Assembly (NCBI GenBank): GCA_037142615.1
Contig: JBAXAI010000005.1
Location: 90,120 to 154,119 of the forward strand
Source of the DNA: Spirochaetales bacterium
GTDB taxonomy: Bacteria > Spirochaetota > Spirochaetia > JABEVK01
Direction: 5' to 3'
Length of the DNA stretch: 64,000 bases
Positions 60,801 to 64,000 of the stretch are shown here, piece by piece. The notes beneath the pieces are model-generated. The model worked only from the letters and a program-made list of their open reading frames with translations, did no database searches and was not told where the DNA came from. The first letter of the stretch is position 1; every line of letters begins with the position of its first letter. Made by a program: the position numbers and the translations under genes.

Positions 60801-63800
60801 TGCTGGCCAAGTTCACCGAGCCCGACACGGTGAGGGCCGCTCCCGCTCCGGTGATTTGAAGCAAGCCCGCGCCCTTGGTCAGGATCCCGCTGTTGGTCAC
60901 AGCGACGGCACCCGCGCTCGTGAACGTATTGTTCACCGAGTAGGCCACGCCCTTCAGGGTCGCCGACCCGACGCTCACCGTGTTCCCAAAGGTCGTGGTG
61001 CCGGTCGCGGCATTGGTCTGGGTGAACGCGCCGGTGATGTTGACCACGCCAAAGTTCGCCGCCGCCGAGTTGGTCACGGTGACAGCCCCCAAACTATTGG
61101 CCGCTCCGGTCCCCAAAGCTCCGGTGAAGGTAACGCTTCCCGTGCCGGCGAGTACCGTGAGGGCCTCGAGTCCGGCTCCTGCCGTTCCGTCGGTACTCCC
61201 GCTGACCAGGAGATTCCCGGCACCGGCCCCCGTTGACAGCGTCGGGCTCGTTCCTTCGGCAAGGGTCAGGTTGCCACCCAGCGTCAGGTCGCTGTTTGTT
61301 GTCGTGATGTTCGCCGCCAAGTTCACGTCGCCCGTCACTTGGAAGGTGCCCGTGCTGGTGACGTTGCTGTTCACAGCGAACGCTGTGCCCGTGAGCGAAG
61401 CTGTGCCCACCGTCACGCTGCCGTTGAACGTGGTGAGCACGCTCCCGGCACTCTGAGTGAGCGAGGTTGGCAGGGTGACCGCGCTGCTGAACAAGACCGT
61501 TGCGCCGCTGGTGAGCGTCAGGTTGGTGAGAGCGGTGGCATCGGCCGCGCCGACAACGCCGGTAAACGTGACATCGCCTGCCCCCGCGAGGACGGTCAAA
61601 GCTTCGGCCGCGCCGCCGGTGGTTCCGGTCGTGGTGCCCCCGATCACGACGTTGCCCGCACCGGCGCCGGTGGAAAGCGTGGGAGAGGTCGCCTCGGCGA
61701 CGACCAGATTGCCATCGATCAGTAGGTTGGAATTGGTTGTCGTGACGCTCGCCGCCAAGTTGACGTTGCCCGTGACGTGCAAGATTCCGGTGCTGGTGAT
61801 CGTGCCGGTCGAGTTCTTGGTCAGGGTTCCGGTGTTGGTGAAGGTCGTGGTTCCGCCGCTGGCGAAGCTGTTGCTCAACGAGAACGCAACACCCTTCAGG
61901 CTCGCCGACCCGACGCTCACCGCGCCCGCGAAGGTCGTCGTCCCCGTCGCCGGGTTGGTCTGCGTCAAGGCACCGGTCACGCTGAGCGCGACAAAACTCG
62001 CCGCTGCGGAGTCGGTGACAGTCAGGGCGGCCAAAGGTGTCGTACCGCCCACGGCACCCTGGAGGGCGACGTTGCCGGTTCCGGCGTCGAGAGTCAGCGA
62101 ATTGCCGCCGTTGAGGGTTGAGTTCGTCGTCAGGAACGAGATTCCGCCCGGGGCCGGCTTGGTTGCGGTGACCGAGGTGTCCTGGGCGACCGTGACCGCA
62201 CCGGCACCGGCCGCCGCGCCGTTGGAGACAAAACTGGCCGCCCCCAGGCTCACCGCGACGGGAACCGTGACCCCGAAGGTGACGCCCCCCTTTCCGGAGG
62301 TCAGCGTCAGGTCTTTGTTGACGCCGCTCGAGTTGTAGCCGTTGTCGAACACAATCTTCCCGGTGCCGGTTTGATCCTGCAGCAAAATGAGTGGGTAGGT
62401 CGCGGTAACACCCCCACCGGTGTTGCCGACGTGCAGATCGCCGGTCTGTGTCGCCGACCCGAGGGTGAACGTCGAGGCCGTGATGCCGCTGAACGCCGAA
62501 TTGTAGAACACGTTCGTGGTGCCGGGCGTAAGAACCTTGGTCGGGGCAAACTCGACCGAAAGTGTGGCTGTTCGTGGCGCGAGGCGGAAGGTCGCCGTTC
62601 CGGCGCTCACGGTGTCGGTCGTACCCAGATTCAGCTCGTCCACGAGGAACACGATGTCCTGATTGTTGGTCGAGACGGCTACCGAATTGGCGAAGTCCAG
62701 CCGCGCCGAGTTGACCGAAAGGTTGGTGGCCACGACGGCCCCGGTGAGCGACACGTTGCCGTTCCAGACCACCTTGCCGGTGCCGTTGGTGATCAGGTTG
62801 GCGATGTGCGGGCCAGCGAGGGTTGAGCCGAACGTCAGGTCGCCGTTGTTGGCGGTTGTTTGAAGGGTGACTCCGGTACTTCCCGCCCCGCCCAAGGTCA
62901 CGGCTCCGAAGCTGGCCGACCGCCCCGCCGAGAAGGTCAAACCGGCGGGTTCATTGAACAACACGGTGCCCGACAGCGTGGTGGCCGTGTCGCCGGCGCC
63001 GACGGTGACGTTGCCGTTGAACTGAACCGGCGAGGAGATGGCTAGCCCCGAACCGGTGGCCAGCGTTGAAAGGAACCTCGTGAGCAGGGTCGAGGCCGAC
63101 ACAGTGAGGGCGGCCCCGGTTCCCGTGCCGAGGGGCGTGGCTCCAACGGCTCCCGTGAAGGTGAGGGTGCCCGAAGTACCCGCCAGCAGAGACAGGTTTT
63201 GGCTCCCATCGACCGTGGAGCTGAAGTCGAGGTTGGCTCCTGCCGGTGTCCCGTTGGCATTGGTGGAATCGAGGGTGGTGGCACCGGTAAGCAGCACGGG
63301 TCCCCAGCCGAAGGTACCGCCCGACGACGTGAACGTGCCCGCCAGGTGGCTGGCCGAGGGCTTGTTGCCTCCATTGGCGACGACGCCCCCGGTGAACGTA
63401 AAGCCGTTGCTGACGGTGAGGAGGCCGGTATGCTGGAAGGTGACCGCGTTGGTGACGGTGCCGCCACCGCCCAGGGTGAGCGCGTAAGGGTTGACCGTGG
63501 TGACAAAGCTCGTCGCCGTCACCGAACCGCTGAAGGTAGCGCTGGCCGCGTTGGTCACGGTGACCGCCGTCAGCGGTGTGCCCGAGCCGACGCTGCCGCT
63601 GACCAGGACCGCGCCGCCGGTACCAGCGTTGAGTGTGAGCGAGGCCGCGTCGTCGAGGGTCTGTTGGAAGGTGACATTGGCGCCGGCGGCGACCGCGCCG
63701 GACGTGGTGTTGACAGTCAGGTTGTTGGCACCGAGGTGCACCAGACCTGTGACGGTCACACTTCCGCCGTTGGTCAGCACACTGGTGGCACCGCCGCTGA

Positions 63801-64000
63801 GGGTGACGGAGTTGCCTGCAACACCGGTTCCCGCCGTCCAGGTTTGGCTGCCGGTCGAGTGGTAGCTGGTACCAGTGAGGCCGATAGTCCCGGTCCCCGC
63901 ACCTTGCGCTGTGACGCTGACGGTTCCACCCACGCCGGTGCCCCCGGAGGCGGTCGTCCCCCACCCCTTCACCAGCACGGCCAGGCCGGTGACGCTCAGG
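48811..64000 (-). CDS. Giant (>5,060 aa) repetitive beta-helical surface protein/adhesin with C-terminal FlgD-Ig-like domain; 5' end outside the window
   Basis: Frame open to the window edge; T/G/A/S/N-rich repeats (GAVGGTTALxSLTT, TTGAQTYNDPVT); C-terminus ILNNVIDP...LDGSLVR...WDGKN..G..VARGVYFIRV...ETRNVLVIK. Confidence 0.92.
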   Translation of the reverse strand, partial: LSVTGLAVLVKGWGTTASGGTGVGGTVSVTAQGAGTGTIGLTGTSYHSTGSQTWTAGTGVAGNSVTLSGGATSVLTNGGSVTVTGLVHLGANNLTVNTTSGAVAAGANVTFQQTLDDAASLTLNAGTGGAVLVSGSVGSGTPLTAVTVTNAASATFSGSVTATSFVTTVNPYALTLGGGGTVTNAVTFQHTGLLTVSNGFTFTGGVVANGGNKPSASHLAGTFTSSGGTFGWGPVLLTGATTLDSTNANGTPAGANLDFSSTVDGSQNLSLLAGTSGTLTFTGAVGATPLGTGTGAALTVSASTLLTRFLSTLATGSGLAISSPVQFNGNVTVGAGDTATTLSGTVLFNEPAGLTFSAGRSASFGAVTLGGAGSTGVTLQTTANNGDLTFGSTLAGPHIANLITNGTGKVVWNGNVSLTGAVVATNLSVNSARLDFANSVAVSTNNQDIVFLVDELNLGTTDTVSAGTATFRLAPRTATLSVEFAPTKVLTPGTTNVFYNSAFSGITASTFTLGSATQTGDLHVGNTGGGVTATYPLILLQDQTGTGKIVFDNGYNSSGVNKDLTLTSGKGGVTFGVTVPVAVSLGAASFVSNGAAAGAGAVTVAQDTSVTATKPAPGGISFLTTNSTLNGGNSLTLDAGTGNVALQGAVGGTTPLAALTVTDSAAASFVALSVTGALTQTNPATGTTTFAGAVSVGSASLKGVAFSLSNSFASGGTTTFTNTGTLTKNSTGTITSTGILHVTGNVNLAASVTTTNSNLLIDGNLVVAEATSPTLSTGAGAGNVVIGGTTTGTTGGAAEALTVLAGAGDVTFTGVVGAADATALTNLTLTSGATVLFSSAVTLPTSLTQSAGSVLTTFNGSVTVGTASLTGTAFAVNSNVTSTGTFQVTGDVNLAANITTTNSDLTLGGNLTLAEGTSPTLSTGAGAGNLLVSGSTDGTAGAGLEALTVLAGTGSVTFTGALGTGAANSLGAVTVTNSAAANFGVVNITGAFTQTNAATGTTTFGNTVSVGSATLKGVAYSVNNTFTSAGAVAVTNSGILTKGAGLLQITGAGAALTVSGSVNLASSITTNGGAVGLSGNLILAQAATPTISTSGGNFSVALATDGTTGGAAETFTLDTGTGTVGFTGAVGSGSATMLTDLTVTNSGALTFSNALAITGALTQTNAATGATTFASTVTVGSATLKGTTYAVNNALTSAGAIAVTNSGVFTKAATGLLQITGAGQGLVTAGTNGSVNLAANLTTNGGVVTIGGSVGNLVLAEGTALTITTSGGNVTVAGSTDGTTGSAAETLTLNTGSGTIGFAGAVGTSDATALTTFTVTSSGKLTFSSTTSLTGNLTVASSDLDVLAALTVGGNVRLHTRTGAETIGLGTATGTMTLDNTDLDNLRGAATLVVGLSGTQSGLITAAGASLHAAVTGLASVTLNSNLGAGGFSLDNAAADALNLSANNVPLVLSSGTSGITSTGVANASLTGTSATITLSTNATGATSASLGSDTTHRLVFGSGVGTVVVANSSQVAGTGVVFLRGQTSLTLGSVVTGNRSLDVDTSASDLSLTAQVDSGSGDQNWTPAGNLNLNFAGTVLLTSGSNVTINRPTLLGAATTISQGSGVAGKKVWFNSASATINGAQTLSLQGGTVNAGDFTFDGVVGGSTALTSLTLTNAQAVVFANLGASTAAAGVGTVSVTAGTAGSVTFAGTVYTTSGTQTWVAGIVGTPRTLSASQAATWTAPTLVLHGNFTSSNLSETLVANDVDLGSFGTWTLGSGTLNLSSRTASTAMNFGFTDGNAAHWNLDNSEIVRLQSGATFGKIVLGQSGTQTGVVTLGKADLSLTNGTGVNLDVNSDGAGGTIVLDTSSAAGAADAINLGSNASVVLNLNADASLASARIPGTGTTNNGISMAGTLNLATNAAAGAFIGSGPVAASPYTGYRPLIVKAGHTAVNVLGTNSAGVYLMGNGGSVVMGTVTVTGPLITDLYNSVGIIYLTKDINSGGQPVTFVQPVRLRPAAGALITLTSGGGSVDFQKTLDDDDLQPARTNSLTIVAGSGNVTFTGNVGAASTTPKPIAGLTITSASDVGFSGSVTAASFTQATATATKTTTFSGVQNYTGNFAFTGVNLTVNAGWTVAGTTTVTNSGTFTTATANAAALASSGAFTQNGAGSSSLGSNVTTTNTALSFATPVVLTSSLQLSNSGGAGTLTLSSTVNPTTTLVQALTLLAGAGNISVVGQVGSPGTHLGDLTITSAASVTFGSAVYSKSLTQAAGSSLTTFQTSQTYDNNFAFTGTSLTANGAWTVGGTTTVTNTGTFTTATANAAPLSSTGAFTQSGGGSSSLGSNLTTSTSTTASVGFLNPVALADAVTVTTTNSPVTFSSTVNGGFGLAVNTSGVTTFGGAVGGTTALASLTTDGPGTTAVNGGAVTTTGAQTYNDPVTIGGLDLVAASTGSANVSFASTVNGPKALTVNTAGSTNLNAAVGATTALASLTTDAPGSTAVNGLVVTTSGAQTYNDPVTLGNNAVLTDTTVSFANVVDAVDATSSHYNLTLSSSAPITLVLGNLGTTNNLGTFVENAGSTVTVSGTLTTTGTQTWSDAVILGGPTTLRSTGVGAAGNITLSSTLDGTQTFAADTVGTLQVTGAVGTTTLGAVTLSNMAAATFSNTVKAASVSFTGTALTANQGWTITGAVGITNSGLFTMAAANAAPFNVGSFAQNNSGGTGTSSLGSNLTSAGTVSFANAVGLTGPVIVATTNATVGFAAAITGAQSLTVNAGTASTTFSQAVGTVGTLLTSLTTDAGGTTFLNGGAVFAVTQTYNDALSLGADLTVTGTTSNFNNTVNGAVNLTVNSSGASVFAAAVGGTTALTSLTTSASGSTALNGASVTTTGAQTYNDAVTIGTNDLVATSSGSGAVTFVSTVNGPKALTVNTAGSSTFSGIVGGSSALASLTTDLAGTTALNGGSVTTSGTQTYSDPVSLGAITTVTSGTTAFANTLNGAFALTVNTSGATTFSAAVGATTPLTSLITDLAGTTALNGGAVTTSGAQTYNDPVTVGALTTVTSATTTFSSTVNGGFGLAVNTSGVTTFGGAVGGTTALASLTTDGPGTTAVNGGAVTTTGAQTYNDPVTIGGLDLVAASTGSANVSFASTVNGPKALTVNTAGSTNLNAAVGATTALASLTTDAPGSTAVNGLVVTTSGAQTYNDPVTLGNNAVLTDTTVSFANVVDAVDATSSHYNLTLSSSAPITLVLGNLGTTNNLGTFVENAGSTVTVSGTLTTTGTQTWSDAVILGGPTTLRSTGVGAAGNITLSSTLDGTQTFAADTVGTLQVTGAVGTTTLGAVTLSNMAAATFSNTVKAASVSFTGTALTANQGWTITGAVGITNSGLFTMAAANAAPFNVGSFAQNNSGGTGTSSLGSNLTSAGTVSFANAVGLTGPVIVATTNATVGFAAAITGAQSLTVNAGTASTTFSQAVGTVGTLLTSLTTDAGGTTFLNGGAVFAVTQTYNDALSLGADLTVTGTTSNFNNTVNGAVNLTVNSSGASVFAAAVGGTTALTSLTTSASGSTALNGASVTTTGAQTYNDAVTIGTNDLVATSSGSGAVTFVSTVNGPKALTVNTAGATTFSGSVGATTALASLTTNAAGSTVLNAAGFTTATPNGFFAFNDPVVLTADAALTSGAAATDTVTFAQTLNGAHNLTIASGTGPVTFTGAVGGTTPLTSLTITGTAATPVNVNGTSITTTNNQAYGRTVAIGGSLTTLTSTTGTISHSAGTLTVGAGGLIVVGNFTGTGGTLTRNASSTLTFTTSGSAAAAVTLGTFTPSVGTDVLFTGAGATTLNSNGQKFDSVQLNGTGSLILGSALEVLGNFTQGAGAGALSDAGVARNFLINGNLTLTSASIPQSSVILVPTGARTVDATGITFHHLILVANGGSLVQATDLTAQNLAVFKGTWNNGGKNLTLTGDLVVYGTKYQSYTINGVTYDPNDDGELAQTRTGPGWTYAGRLGYPYFGSQLPTVAAMNAALAAFTGSPNFLNAAATPNTPAAGLMTGSLSFTGAAPVLSVAGNFYNYGATLTGANPVTLTLSSAHWTSKSPVPLPSTLTAPPTYTPATDWFGRPFAVAITTASGAVINNLAASRPIAAAMTSVAAFTSTGTNTNWDFTATTVTSASTRFDNLVEVVFNHSLQNAQGEVSGDAGPFNHATAGQEIDNFRFSGGTRIADSAWDFTAGTAGVAGEYGTVAMATGDKTTLSFQMLSPNTWNTDATGTSLGAGAASTDRAGTHQTLTPDLTLEKGLFYSTTGNPVINYDAANYNGATLSARYTATTDRARPVLLAVSASQAAKAFPPATPQDGHNGYNATWSEPVTLDATSLTGSTIASGASNVRSANGFGDSYTTDGTTVQVTGMFTYPGTLYRSTRSWGAANAGADPTATQNDATNAKSGNSVFRATSYDATVYVSGYSTGTGTSEYWDGFWYDATNPNGKTFSVPPAFAGNVTDSAGNPVEDSNIVWNYPFAIPADPKVDLKVTQVGQGWELEAPQFAPYTLTPGSYEVVPKANSSPDKIDEVQFHILSNTLHSLQIWDSAASPDNTNTVHFGVRDSSLTQFHVGFRLRTTTESTFDGSHNLQLDNVPPYVDNTAVSNDLFNGGPPPLAGFSTGNDGYFTLKLSGVSANWKPTVNYRFFYDRYQGMATNLTGQLLGSTPSDGYLAIDRTPPYLALTLTGKDMDRIYAQFSRQVKVTDPLGSGNFENVLKLTGSSNSSNKITKMEFLDGDSNLFQQAFLYLQKPFDPSDFISSRLAAVDLGSGVSSVVSGTNNMDTTVNYPVSFLGLNIAEPIWASDGKGGELNQTATAHVIHDFTGAEPLTSRDIELQAKVYGGDKTPLLNQLPLRMYYDLNVPSGLVANNLWLPTGLYSSLPGLVPSQANGETRYLDPASQSSNGSLKNYLVPGNDPELLNGSSLEFIFRLGSLYIVHGTNNSDPRELSVWKAPLKAIKTQKNGMTILNNVIDPTKGQQTQVFYTMAKSGVITVQVFALDGSLVRVLQSGRQAPGDYSVYWDGKNSTGEVVARGVYFIRVIAPSIDETRNVLVIK
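53216..56919. repeat. 1,649-bp direct repeat (53216-54864 and 55271-56919) with a 406-bp spacer
   Basis: Offset 2,055 nt; boundaries checked by eye; shadow ORFs in the two copies are identical (e.g. 53582..54358 = 55637..56413). Confidence 0.93.

Overview
This is a gene-dense, GC-rich chromosomal window with no rRNA, tRNA, CRISPR array, integrase or transposase that I could recognise. The gene content suggests a free-living spirochaete (inference): a LepB with the 'FQLYVIPSESMVPT' motif, FapA/DUF342, an SLT lipoprotein, PEGA/FlgD-Ig proteins and many lipoproteins. It holds about 50 housekeeping, signalling and metabolic genes and ends in a >5,000-aa Thr/Gly/Ala/Ser-rich surface protein that runs off the window. 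Main observations: (1) the ribonucleotide reductase beta subunit has the Chlamydia-type class Ic (Mn/Fe, no radical Tyr) residues, lies 15 kb from nrdA, and is followed directly by a HEPN/MNT pair and a frameshifted ccdB-like remnant; (2) a second, mostly synonymously diverged copy of the nrdA C-terminal tail (DPxCEACQ-stop) sits just downstream of nrdA beyond a hairpin; (3) a 22-codon scar appears to join the start and end of a deleted NarL-type regulator; (4) the giant protein has a 1,649-bp apparently exact internal repeat and a T9SS-CTD-like/FlgD-Ig C-terminus; (5) a lipoprotein gene seems to start at ATC; (6) many genes show a leaderless-mRNA signature; (7) there is a candidate antisense sRNA. 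All family calls come from reading motifs by eye; no database search was run.
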